In this document: positions 36,812-49,288 of the stretch, in pieces
Layout: every line of letters begins with the position of its first letter
How positions within the stretch are numbered: the first letter of the stretch is position 1
From: Octopus sinensis
Taxonomy: Eukaryota
Length of the DNA stretch: 64,000 nt
Direction: 5' to 3'
Assembly: GCF_006345805.1 (NCBI RefSeq)
Contig: NC_043001.1
Location: forward strand, 186,001-250,000
Position numbers and translations under genes: made by a program
The notes under the pieces: model-generated
What the model was told of the DNA's origin: nothing
Databases searched by the model: none
Seen by the model: only the letters and a program-made list of their open reading frames with translations

Positions 36812-37964
36812 GGATCTTTTCCTTTTGATGGACGGAATTTTCTAGTTAACTAAACAATTTGAAACTTCGTATACTGGTAGAATGTGTCAAAAGAAAACAT
36901 TATTGTAAACAAAATTGAAAACAAAATTGTAATCTGTAAGTTTAACGTAGTTTAATTCTTCGAATTTTAACCAATGAAATCCCAGCATCTTCGAATTTCA
37001 ACCAATGAAATCCCAGCATCTTCGAATTTCAACCAATGAAATCCCAGCATTTGAGCTCAAATCATTTGCTGCGTTATCGATATTGATAAAGAAACATAGC
37101 AGACGCATGCCGCATACACATACACACACTCTCTGTCACTATCTCTCTCTCTCTCTCTCTCAAACACATGCATATACATTTGCACAAGCACATAGTAATT
37201 AATATATAAGTGTACACACACATACAAACGGAGATATACATACACACACAAGCATACATACACGTTCATGAGTTGGCACTGGTGTCGATAGAATCGACTT
37301 AATACTTTTGTATCTCGCAACAATTTTACACAAAAGGTAAATAAACCAGAAGGGGGGGGGGTGTCAATGTTTTATCATTTCGGGGTCGATAAATTAAGTA
37401 CCAATTATGCACTGGTGTCGAGGATTTTTTTCCCAATTTATATCACAGCCTCCGACAATCTGGGGCATCCTTTTATGAATAAATATTTTGCAAATTTTTA
37501 CAATATGACATACACTCCACGCACACCCTCTAGACCGATTTGGGCATATTATTGTTTTGTTTTTGTTGTTTCTGGCCCTTCAAAACCATGGGAGAAGCCT
37601 TTTCGGTAAAAAAAAATAAAGAAAATATTCAAAAAATATCGTTAATATTTTTATTGGGCGACGAAATTCATCGATTTAAGAGATATAGCTGTTATTTCTA
37701 GCACATGCAGAAGACAGAAGACAGAAGAGAGAAGGATGAATATGTGTGTGTGTGAGTTTTTAGACGCAGCAAATGATTTGAGCTCAAATGCTGGGATTTC
37801 ATTGGTTAAAATTCGAAGAATTAAACTACGTTAAACTTACAAATTACAATTTTGTTTTCAATATTGTTTACAATAACGTTTTCTTTTGACACATTCTACC
37901 AGTATACGAAGTTTCAAATTGTTTAGTTAACTAGAAAATTCCATCCATCAAAAGGAAAAGATCC
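36812..37964. mobile_element. Foldback element with ~201-bp TIRs; left TIR carries a 31-bp triplication
   Basis: 36812-37074 inverted against 37764-37964; unit TCTTCGAATTTCAACCAATGAAATCCCAGCA x3 at 36957-37049. Confidence 0.85.
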
Positions 37965-38046
37965 GTATTATATATACATACATATATATATTATATATAC
38001 ATATATATATGTATTATATATACATACATATATATATATTATATAT

Positions 38047-38085
<39 letters not shown>

Positions 38086-38113
38086 CACATATATATATTA
38101 TATATATATACAC

Positions 38114-38166
<53 letters not shown>

Positions 38167-38184
38167 ACACAAATATATGAATAA

Positions 38185-38645
38185 ATGAAAGAATGGAGTT
38201 GAACGACAAATTAACAAATTTCCTTTATTTTCGACATATGTTTCGAAGGCTGCATATTCCTAATTGTGAAGGAATAAGGAGTACATTATGCAGATTACTC
38301 ATTATCGCCATGGGCTCCTTGAGAGCAGTCAGTTAAAAGTTTTTGTGAATCTTGATGTTGACATAAATTCCTTGTTTTTCCTGATGAGAAAGTGGCATAA
38401 TGGACTCCTTATTCCTTCACAATTAGGAATATGCAGCCTTCGAAACATATGTCGAAAATAAAGGAAATTTGTTAATTTGTCGTTCAACTCCATTCTTTCA
38501 TAAATTTTATAAAAACACACACAAATTTCCACACGAAAACACGTAGTCTCTGCCCTAGGCACGTAACTTCAACCGTGTTATTTCTGATATGAATTTGCTA
38601 CCCAGGTATCAGTTAAACGAATTATCCATAAAAAGATATTTCATT
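38185..38645 (+). mobile_element. HHR family 2 element, 5'-truncated, with inverted upstream partial copy
   Basis: 38185-38291 is the reverse complement of 38395-38501 (1 mismatch in 107); body 38296-38645; (TA)n on both sides. Confidence 0.88.
38368..38466 (+). ncRNA. Type I hammerhead ribozyme motif (family 2)
   Basis: TTCCTTGTTTTTC-CTGATGA(38381-87)-GAAAGTGGCATA...TATGCAGCCTTC-GAAA-C ATAT G-TC(38453)-GAAAATAAAGGAA. Confidence 0.82.
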
Positions 38646-38663
38646 TTTCTACTCAAATATATA

Positions 38664-38723
<60 letters not shown>

Positions 38724-38855
38724 TACATATATATATATATATATAAATGAGTAGCTGGAAACTGTGCAGTCCACTGGACAGGCTGTTCCTGTACATGGGT
38801 GGTCTATATATATATATATACATGTGTGTGTGTATTATATATATATATGTGTGTG

Positions 38856-38891
<36 letters not shown>

Positions 38892-38897
38892 TATATA

Positions 38898-41781
38898 CAG
38901 TGGGGGGAAATAAATATTCGCACATGTCAAAATTCTTTATTTATTTAATTTCTAATGAACATAAATGGGATATGCCAATACTATATTTGCATACACATGC
39001 ATAAACTAAGAATATGCAAAAGAAACTAATAAATTATAGTAACTAATGAATTTATATACAATTATAAATATTTAGGGGTGAAAAAAGTATTCGTACAGAA
39101 CATAAATAACTGATAATTCTGATTTAATACTTCGTAGCATAACCATTATTCAGTTCCACTTCAACCAATCTCTTCTTGTAGTTCTTCACCAATGACTCGC
39201 ATGTTTCTTTAGGAATTTTTTCCCATTCTTCTTGACAAATTTTCTTCAAATCTGCAATGCACTTTGGGACTCTTCAATGAATTGTAATTTTCAAATAACG
39301 CCACAAATTTCCAATGGAGTTCAAGTCAGGGGTCTGGCTTGGCCATTCTAATAATTTTATATTGTGATCGACAATCCATTTTTTGATAGACTTCGCCGTG
39401 TGCATAGGATTGTTACGAGGGGCGTTCAATAAGTAATGCCCCTGACCCACTTCCCATAGCAGTAGAGCAACGAAACTTGGCACAGTTATTAGACTTTTTC
39501 TACATAGGAACCACCCAGAGTTACGCATTTCTCCCATCGTTTGATGCGGCTCTGGAGACCATTTTTGTAGAAGAACCCAGCTTGGTCCTCCAACCTCAAC
39601 GTGACTTCAGAAATCAAGGCTGCATCATCTAAGAAACGCTTTCCTTTCAAAAACAACTTCATGATTGGGAAGAGGTGAAAATCAGAGGGTGCAAGGCCAG
39701 GAAAGTAGGGGGGATGGGGAGGAGTTCATAGCCATACGCCTGTGCTTCTGATCTGGCGACAAGCGAGTTGTGGACCGGAGCGTTGTCCTGCAGGAGGAGG
39801 ATGCCTTTGCTGATCTTGCCCCGCCTCTTGATTTTGATAACTTCTCTTAATTTCCTCAAAAGTGAAGCATAATAGGCTCCTGCAATTGTGGTACCCTTTG
39901 CCAGGAAATCTGTCATCACTACTCCGTCCTGGTCCCAGAAGTCTGTGAGCATGACCTTGCCAGCGGAGGACTGCACCCTTGCCTTCTTTGGAGGGGGTGA
40001 GTCACGGTGCTTCCACTGCATTGACTGGGCTTTGGTCTCTGGATCATCGTGATGGACCCAGGTTTCATCCTGTGTAATCAGTCTTTTGAAAAATTTTGAC
40101 TCATCTTCTTGGCACATCTCCAAATTCACCCTCGAGCACTCGACGCGTTCTTGCTTCTGGAAAGGTGTGAGCAACCTGGGAATCCATCTGGCAGACACCT
40201 TTTGCATATGCAAATGGTCATGAATGATAGTTTCCACAGACACGGTACTAATCTTGACTTCATGGGCTATTTGGCGAATAATTATGCGTCAATCTTCCAA
40301 AATGGCAGCCTCAACTTGACGGACAGATGCCTCATCAATGGCAGAAGGGGGCGACCAGATCTGGGAGCTGTTTCCACAGAGTTCCGACCATGTTTGAATT
40401 CACAATGCCAGCGTTTTACAAGGTCATATGATGGGGCATCATCACCATAAGTTACTTTCATTTCATCAAAAGTCTCCCGTGGTGTGCGTCCTTTCAAATA
40501 CAAAAACCGGATCACTGCTCGACACTCAACAGGCTCCATTTCACACTTGAATCGGTTCAAACACCTGTAAATCAGAAACCACAATTAATTCAGAGCTGTA
40601 ATTTGCCACTTACTCTATAGAGATATAAATGATTGCACATGCAAAATTTCAGCTAGATCAAACAACTGCAAGTAGGTCAGAGGCACTACTTATTGAACGT
40701 CCCTCGTATCTTGTTGTAAAACCTACCCTTCATAATGCTGGAGCTTTTCTACAGAGTCCCATAAATTATTGTTCAAAATATTTTGGTACATCTCTGCATT
40801 CATTCTACCATCTATCACATGTAAATTGCCAGTACCATTTGCAGAGAAACACCCCCACGCCATGATGTCACCACCTCCAAACAGTAGGAATTGTGTTTTT
40901 CGGCGAATAGGTTGTACCATCTTTCCTCCAAACATGGCTACGCGAATTTTGTCCAAACAATTCAATTTTCGACTCTCTGTCTATAGAATATTTTCCCAGA
41001 ATGTATCAGATTTATCTTTATGTTCATAAACAAATTTTAAATGGGCATCTCTATGCCTTTTAGTCAACAGTGGAGTTTTTCTAGGAAAGCGTGACTTCAG
41101 TTCATTGCTGATTGTTCGTAGTGTAACATTAGTCCCTGAAGCTAACAAATCTTCTTGCAACTCCTTTCTGATGATCATTGGGGTTTTTTTCGATTCTTGG
41201 CTTCATTTTTCTTAAAGATCAGGGGAAATCTTGCACCAGATCTTATTCTGTTTTCAACAGTTCCTGATTTTTTTTATATCTTTGAATAAATGAAGATATG
41301 GTAGAAAATGGAATACAAAGGGTCTCTGATATTTTCCTGTAACTTTTACCTGCTTTCCACTGTTCAATAATTAAGTTTTTCACTGAATTTGTGAGTTCTT
41401 TACTTTTTGCTATTATTACGATACTAATGTATGTTGTCTCAGTGCTGAATGAAGAAGCAAGCGTTTTGACACTTAAAAATGACAACTGATAAGATTATTG
41501 GAGCAAACGAGTAAGTTCTAGTAAAAAAAAATTAAAATATTTTAACAGTATTTTGTGGCATAGAAAATCATAAATTTATTCTGTACGAATACTTTTTTCA
41601 CCCCTAAATATTTACAATTGTATATAAATTCATTAGTTACTATAATTTATTAGTTTCTTTTGCATATTCTTAGTTTATGCATCTGTATGCAAATATAGTA
41701 TTGGTGTATCCCATTTATGTTCAGTAGAAATTAAATAAATAAAGAATTTTGACATGTACGAATATTTATTTCCTCCCACTG
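38898..41781 (-). mobile_element. Tc1-like transposon with ~205-bp IR/DR-type TIRs and TA TSD; transposase frameshifted and interrupted
   Basis: TA|CAGTGGGGGGAAATAAATATTCG...CGAATATTTATTTCCTCCCACTG|TA; ORFs 41243-41485 (KELT...GKSYRKIS), 40981-41178, 40723-40965 (GGGDIMAWGCFS), 39274-39413 ([11 protein letters not shown]). Confidence 0.95.
39416..40706 (-). mobile_element. Full-length (1291 bp) mariner element, irritans-like, frameshifted transposase
   Basis: TIRs CGAGGGGCGTTCAATAAGTA / TACTTATTGAACGTCCCTCG, TA TSD; WIPRLLT, ITQDETW, LLQDNAPVH motifs. Confidence 0.95.
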
Positions 41782-42757
41782 TATATAAATATGTGTGTAT
41801 TATATATATATATATAAAACTGAGAATGTGTGTCTGTATGTCTGTGTGTTTCCCTAAAACTTGAGAACTACACAACCAATCTCATTCAAATTTTACACAT
41901 GCCTTACTTAGGGTCCATGTAGTTTCATGGGCAAAAAAAATGTTCAACTTCTTGCCTAGAGCGAGCCCATAGCAATATCATATCTTCTCCACTATTTCAG
42001 TATTACGTGTTAAAAGTGAAACAAAAACATTTCTCTATTTTATGTCAGATACTTTCACTTTAACAATAAAAATAATAATAACAATTGAATTATATGTAGT
42101 AAGTAATAATTAAAATCAAACTAAAGTATAATATAATCGTAACATAACAAAAGTAAAAATAGCAATTGGTATAAAATTGCATCAATGACTTGAACTTGAA
42201 TAAGTGGTTTCACATGAATGGGAATAAATTAAAAACAAAATTAGCGTGCAGAAATGGAATAATCCAGATGGATAATAGAAAATTAAATTAAAGAAAAGAC
42301 TATTGTCTATAAAGTATACAATGTAGAGAAAAAAGAAGATTTGAACACCTGGAGGAAAGCACCATCGAAAAGTGTCTTGGTGCGACTATGAAAGATATCT
42401 AACCAGAGGCGGTAAATTCGCCACAATAGAAGCAAGATTCGAGTCAATGGAGCGTGCAAGGGAGTACTCGACTCAAACTTGCAAAGTGGAAATATTTTAT
42501 TTTTACCTTTATATCTGGGACGTAGGACGTGCCGGATAAAAATTAAAAATGTCCCCCCCCCCCCCCCAGAAATTGAGGTAGGCTGGATTGTAGCCACACT
42601 TCTATACAAGAGGGAGGAAAGATACAATTGAGCGAAATTGCAAGAGACAGGCTTACAATTCCAGTCTGTTATATATTTTGAGTATTGTTATCACTAGCGA
42701 TATGAAGATATAACTTTGTATTTTGTATTTTATGTGTAGATGTATATATATAGATGT

Positions 42758-43147
42758 GTGGAGGCGCAATGGCCCAGTGGTTAGGGCAGCGGACTTGCGG
42801 TCATAGGATAGCGGTTTCGATTCCCAGACCGGGCGTTGTGAGTGTTTATTGAGCGAAAACACCTAAAAGCTCCACGAGGCTCCGGCAGGGGATGGTGGTG
42901 ATCCCTGCTGTACTCTTTCACCACAACTTTCTCTCACTCTTACTTCCTGTTTCTGTTGTACCTGTATTTCAAGGGGCCGGCCTTGTCACTCTCTGTGTCA
43001 CGCTGAATATCCCCGAGAACTACGTTAAGGGTGCACGTGTCTGTGGAGTGCTCAGCCACTTACACGTTAATTTCACGAGCAGGCTGTTCTGTTAATTCGG
43101 ATCAACCGGAACTCTCATCGTCGTAACCGACAGAGTGCTTCCAAACA
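42758..43147 (+). mobile_element. tRNA-derived SINE, family C
   Basis: Head GGAGGCGCAATGGCCCAGTGGTTAGG...GGTTTCGATTCCCAG; tail CACGTTAATTTCACGAGCAGGCTGTTC...GTCGTAACCGAC. Confidence 0.88.
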
Positions 43148-43689
43148 GATGTACATGTAATATGTACACATATATATATACACATATATATACACACATA
43201 TATACATGCACTAGCACTATGACCCGGCAACAACAGGTCATAATGCTAATATATATATATATATATATATGAGTAGCTGTGCAGTCCACTGGATAGGCTG
43301 TTCCTGTTCTTGAGTGGTCTGTTGATCTAACATCATCATCTGGTCTTTAAATGCTGTCAGTGAAATCCATTTTGACCAAGCTTTAGGTTGGAGTGATGTC
43401 CTTCCTCTAGTGACTTATATTTTATCTGAAATTTATGTATTTCTGTCATTCATCTCCTGCTCTGATAATAAGGTACAACATATAAATAAATTACTGGTAT
43501 TTTCTTTTATGTTTTGTATAAAGAATAAATCCAGAATGCAATTATTGATTAAGAGTTTTGATGCCTGTCTCATAAAATGAAGAAGATATCAAAAATAACT
43601 AAGAGCAATATCAACCAAAATATTAACAAAGATATATATGAGAATAAAGAACTGATATGTAATGACTGAAAGCATTGATTCCAAAGTTT

Positions 43690-43872
43690 GGCACAAGGCC
43701 AGCAAGTTCTGGGGAGGAGTAAGTTAATTACATCAACCCCAGTGTTTAACTGGTACTTACTTTATCAACCCCAAAAGGATGACAGGCAAAGTCAGTCTCA
43801 GCAGAACTTGAACTCAGAATGTAAAGACAGGCATTTTGCCCCACATACTAACAATTCTGCCAGTTTGCCACC
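43690..43872 (-). mobile_element. SINE family A, diverged
   Basis: Reverse complement similar to 3430-3600 (CTGGTACTTACTTTATCAACCCCAAAAGGATGACAGGCAAAG). Confidence 0.8.
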
Positions 43873-44407
43873 TGACTGAACATATTGGTTTGCATATGCA
43901 CATGCCTGCATACATGCACAAACACAATCTCTTACAACGATTATAGACATTAAATAAACATTTTGCTGAAAACGAAATAAAAAGCCATCTAAGTTTCAAA
44001 TCAACAGTAAATAAAAAAAATAAATGCAAGAAAGAATTGCAGTGTAACTGGAATTATACAACTTCAATTTCATAGAAAGCCTTGAAAGAATTTAAGCAAC
44101 TGATACATCAAATTGCATGCAATAATTATGATTTAACAACACACAGTTCAGGGTGAATTAATATCATAACTCTTTCAAGTCATTAAGTAAGTGTCTGGAA
44201 AACTTAATTAGAAAACTTAAGATAAAGATTTTACAAGGGAAAATTAAATAAGTTATCCTTTCAGGCAGATGACAAAGGGTTAAAAATATTTGAGTTTTTC
44301 TAGGTTATTTTGTCTCTCTTCAGTCCCCGACCCCCTCATGATTATAGACAGGTTCTGACAATAATTAAATAGTCTGTTTGTTTTTTTAATGCATAAAAAA
44401 ATCAATC

Positions 44408-44809
44408 TTACTCTGATTTTATTGTTTTGTGAGTCACAGAATATTCATGATCAGTATAATTTTGTTTCTCTGGACAATTGAGATCGATATTGCAATGACC
44501 TTCTTCCATTGAGCTATTGTGTCCTACAAATAAGTCCCTTAAGAAACTCAGTTCTTTATTAAGGGTCTGTATTTTTTGTTGCAAATCTTGGTTTTCTTTG
44601 CGCAATCGTGTCACTCTGTCAATAGTTTCTTTTGCCTTCAAACGATTTTTGCTGCGACATTTGCGTACTGCAATATTGTTACGTAAGCGTCGTTTCTTGT
44701 ACATATCACCAGATTTTTCATCCTGTATTGAACTTGTAATACTGGCATCTCCATTGTCATTCTTCAAATCCTCCATTGAATTATCCATCACAGTTTGTTT
44801 CTTAGGCAT
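44408..44809 (-). CDS. CEBPG: CCAAT/enhancer-binding protein gamma-like bZIP transcription factor (133 aa, CDS in one exon)
   Basis: YKKRRLRNNIAVRKCRSKNRLKAKETIDRVTRLRKENQDLQQKIQTLNKELSFLRDLF: C/EBP basic region plus leucine zipper, with a short N-terminus lacking an activation domain; splice acceptor ttcttatttttcag at 44842, 32 nt before the ATG. Confidence 0.9.
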   Translation of the reverse strand: MPKKQTVMDNSMEDLKNDNGDASITSSIQDEKSGDMYKKRRLRNNIAVRKCRSKNRLKAKETIDRVTRLRKENQDLQQKIQTLNKELSFLRDLFVGHNSSMEEGHCNIDLNCPEKQNYTDHEYSVTHKTIKSE

Positions 44810-45189
44810 TTTTGGTGAAAAAGATTTGATACACTATTGCTCTGAAAAATAAGAAAAACTTTATCAAAAGTTTGGAATTCGAAGACTCAACTAATTGAAT
44901 CAAATAAAATACGCTCAAAGCACTTTCTACCCCAGAGAGTAGGCAAATAGAAATACATCTTAATATTTTTGCACACACAAAAATAATATTACCCTGTACA
45001 CTAACTACTATATAACAATTGCACTGTAGGTGTTTATAAGCCATTTAAGAAAAACACAAAATCCGTTAGATTCACTTCAACATTTAAGTTTAGTTTGTCA
45101 AAATATTTTCGTTGCTTTGAGACCGTGACCTGTTCGCTGACAAAATTCCAGGCTGCATCTGAGAAAGTAACAGTTCATGATATATATGT

Positions 45190-45226
<37 letters not shown>

Positions 45227-45865
45227 TGCGTGTACATGTGTGTATGTATATATGTATTTGTGTGCGTATGCATTTGTGTACATGCATATGCATGTGTGCA
45301 TGCCTATACTCATGTATGTATGTGACTATTTAGGAGAGAGTGTAGACGTGGCTGTGTGTGTGTACATGTGTATGTACATGTGAATGTACGTTTATGTACT
45401 GATGTGTGTCTGTTCAAGTTGTATACATGACTGTTACTTTGTGAAGGTTGTATACACACACATATACATGTATATAGACATGCATATACACACACGTGTG
45501 TGTGTGTGTGTTTGTCCCTCTCACCACTGTCTAACGGTGAATGGATACAATGTCTTAGACACATATATGCACATATAACCTTACATATATATAAGTACAC
45601 ACAATCATAGACACTAACACACACTCACAAATATACGTGTATTCTTATAGTATACACACATATATGCTTATCCATGTCTACATATGTATATGACAGTATT
45701 TACAATATAAAATTTGTCTCACGTTTTTCTACTACATGCTGTTGGTATGTATAAAATATTCAGTAAGTATTTAATCAAGCCACTGACTGATACACAATAT
45801 GTCCAACCAATTAGCCAATTTCAGCTTTGCTCCTGGTTTCTGTCTGATTTCAACAACAAGTACTA

Positions 45866-47069
45866 TCAGGTCTTTAAGAATGAAATATCTGATTTTGAAC
45901 TGAAAGTTTATTTTACTTTATGCCAACAAAAAGCAATGCAGTTAATCAAAGTATGCACTTAAATTATCAACACAATTTTGCCATTTTATTGGTACCTTAT
46001 TTATGCTGGCAGTGAAGAATTCTGGAGAGCAAGGGGCAATGAAATCACAAAAGGTTGCATGTGCATTTTCTTCAGATTTAAAGATTTTACCTTGTCTAAT
46101 GCCTGGAAAACCTGATAGTCGGTTGGTGTAAGGTTTGTTGAATATGGTGGATAACAGAGTATTTCCAAGTTCAGTTCCTGTAACTTGAGTTGTGTTCTTT
46201 GTGCATGTGGTCGAGCACTGTCTTGCAAGAGAACTGGCCTGTCTCTATTGACCAATCTCAGTTGTTTTAAGTTCACTCATTATTTCATCCAGTTGGTTGA
46301 TGTATACATCTGCTGTAATTGACTTACCATATCTCACGAAGCTGTAGTTGATGACACCAGCACTGGACCATCAAACAGACACCATTAACTTTTTTTGTTG
46401 AATATTCTTTTTTGTTTTGTGTTTGGGCACTACATCTCTATCCAACAACTATGTAGAACGCTTAATATTGTTGAAAAGAAGCCATTTTTCATCACACGTA
46501 ACAATATGATGCAAAAATGGTTCGCTTTAATGATATGACAGCAAAGAATAGCAAGTTTCAAGCCGATGTGTCATTTGATGCTTGTTCAGTTTGTGTGGTA
46601 CTCACTTGTCCAGCTTCTTTACTATGCTGATTTGTTTCAGATGGTCCAATACAGTTGGAATTAAAACAGCTCATCATTATCCACCTTGGTCTCAGGTCTA
46701 TTTAGGGGTTGATTTTCAAGAGTAAAGTCACCAGACCAGAACTTCTCAAACCATCGATATACAGTGCGCTCATTTGCCACATCTTCACCAAAAACCTCAT
46801 TGATGTTTCGAGATGTCTGGAATGCATTGGTTCCATGATGGAACTCATTTTCATAAACAATACAAAGTTTTGATTTATCCATGTGTTCACAAAAACTGAT
46901 TTTCAAGAGAAATCTCACAATAGAATCAGACACCATGAATTGCATTTCGTAAAGTGATGATGTAACTCTTCAGTGTTGTAAAACAAAGAATTGTCAGGAT
47001 GAAACATTAGAGTTAACAAGTGTTAAATTTGTGCATAAGAATATTGGACATTTCATATTAACAACCTGA
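45866..47069 (-). mobile_element. Old mariner element (Hsmar1/cecropia-like), degenerate
   Basis: TIR remnants TA|TCAGGT...GAAAT and ATTTCATATTAACAACCTGA|TA; ORFs 46661-46945 (NINEVFG...TVYRWFEKF) and 46001-46276 (LLQDSARPH, PPYSTNLTPTDY). Confidence 0.88.
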
Positions 47070-47237
47070 TATCAAGTTCTCATTGTAGTCACAAGAGTAA
47101 TGGGCACAGTCAAGATAGTACTACTATATTTATAGCTACAAGAGAGCAGTCAGGATAGAACTACTGCTCAAGACACTTTGTATGACAGGTTAATGCCTTG
47201 CCATTTCGAGAGTCAATCAAACTTTCAAAAAACTTCA

Positions 47238-47580
47238 TCAGACTGTATGCAGAAAGCCACCTTTGTGTCCATGAAGTACTGTGATTATGATGGCCAAAGG
47301 TTCCTGCATTCCAGGTTTATGCTGATACAAGACTTCAGTCTTTTTCATATATAGTGATAAGCTAAAAGCAGTCACTACACTTTCAAAATGATGTGTAATT
47401 TTCTGGATATCTTCTAAGGAATAAATCACCAGTAAAAAAAATTTCCAAATACATGTAAATAATGATGGGGCAAGTACACAAACCTGCTTTATTCCCAAGG
47501 CAAATAGAAAGGCAGCTAGATGTCATTCCAAAAAGAGAATGTGACATACCTACTTGATGGAACTGCCTGACAATATCCAA
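47238..47580 (-). mobile_element. Degenerate RTE-type RT fragment
   Basis: GIKQVCVLAPSLF and KKTEVLYQ resemble GVKQGCVLAPTLF and KKTEIM in 25488-27401. Confidence 0.7.
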
Positions 47581-47999
47581 ATCTTTTGAGCAGAGACCTT
47601 AAAATAAGCCATCTCTTCTTACACAGTTGAAAGCCTTCATAGTTGATGAATATGAAAAATAAATGCAAGGCTTACTATTTGATAGACTTTATCTGAGCAT
47701 AATCTTGACATACCGATGACCACTATACTTAAGTTACAAGTATGTATCTTCTAGTTAGCAGCTTCTAGCTTTTCAAGCCTGCCACCTTCATAATACTGCC
47801 TTTACTAGTAGTGGAGGTGTCTCATTTAATTTTGACCTTTATGCCTTGATCCTGTAGAACATCAAAAATTTAACAGCTGGAGAGAGGGAGAGAGAGCAAG
47901 AGAGGAGACAGAAGTATGGTTTATCTGAAGGTGCACCTTTATCCATCTTGTTGCAGAGCATCATTATTGAGTATGTACCCAGTGTAAGCTATGGACACA

Positions 48000-49288
48000 T
48001 AAGATGTGCAGTAATATCAAAAGAAGGCTAACTGGGAAGATATTTTTTATATGTGGCAAATGCTCAGGAGCAATAAACATTGAAAATGAGCAAAGAACAA
48101 CTTCTCTCACATTCCAGGGAGAAAAACTGTGACCAAGTCAGTAGTGAGGGTGGATGCTCTAAAAGTGTAGCTGCTAGAATAAGAATAGCCTGGGCAAAGT
48201 TCAGAGAGCTCTTACCTACGATGGTGACAAAGGGCCTCTTGCTCAGAGTAAAAGGTAGACCGTATGACACATGTGTACGAACAACCACGCTAAATGGCAG
48301 TGAAACATGGGCCGTGACTGGTGAGGACATGCGTAAGCTTGCAAGGAATGAAGCCAGTATGCACCGTTGGATGTGTAATGTCAGTGTGCATACACGACAG
48401 TGTAAGTGCCCTGAGAGAAAAGTTGGACTTAAGAAACATCAGATGTGGTGTGCAAGAGAGACGACTGAGCTGGTATGGTCATGTGTTGCAAATGGATGAG
48501 GATAACTGTGTGAAAAAGTATCACACCCTAGAAGTTGAGGGAACCTGTGGAAGAGATAGACCCAGGAAGACTTGGGATGAGGTGGTCAAGCATGACCTTC
48601 AAACATTGGGCCTCACCGAGGCAATGACTAGTGACCGAGACCTTTGGAGATATGCTATGCTTGAGAAGACCCAGCAAGCCAAGTGAGACCATAACCTGTG
48701 GCCTATGCCAGTGGTGTATAACCAGCCCACTTATCAGTACCCTTCATTCATTGAACAATAAACTTTGCTTGCGAAGAATAGTTGAGGCAAGTGAAATCAA
48801 AATCAAAGTCGCTGACATGGCCAACTACAGTACCGCCTGATTAGCACTCATGCCAGTGGGACGTTAAAAGCACCATCCAAGTGTGATCACTGCCAGGGCC
48901 ATTGACTGGCTCCCGTGCTGGTGGCATGTAAAAAGCACCATTCGAGCGTGAGTGCTGCAAGCACCGCCTTACTGGCACTTGTGCATGTGAAAAATAACAT
49001 TCGAGCATGGTCGTTGCCAGTGCCACCAGACTGGCACATAAAAAAAACACCTTTTGAGCCAGTACCACCAGAGTGTGCCCGTACCATCTGACTGGCCCTC
49101 ATGCCAGTGGCACATAAAAGCACCCATTACACTCTCAGAGTGGTTGGTGTTAGGAAGGGCATCCTGCTGTAGAAACTTTGCCAGATCACATTGGAGCCTG
49201 ATGCAGCCTTCTGGCTTGCCAGTCCTCAGTCAAACTGTCCAGCCCATGCCAGCACAGAAAGCGGACGTTAAACGATGATGATGATGAT
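48000..49288 (+). mobile_element. RTE LINE 3' fragment with UTR and (GAT)n tail
   Basis: ORFs 48080-48499 and 48321-48686 (SVAARIRIAWAKFRELLP, GSETWAVT, WYGHV); same family as 29200-30430. Confidence 0.92.

Noticed and set aside
43211-43248. Small hairpin CTAGCACTATGACC...GGTCATAATGCTA
   Set aside because: It resembles an isolated Helitron 3' end remnant; no matching 5' end could be assigned confidently (candidate near 41810 unverified).
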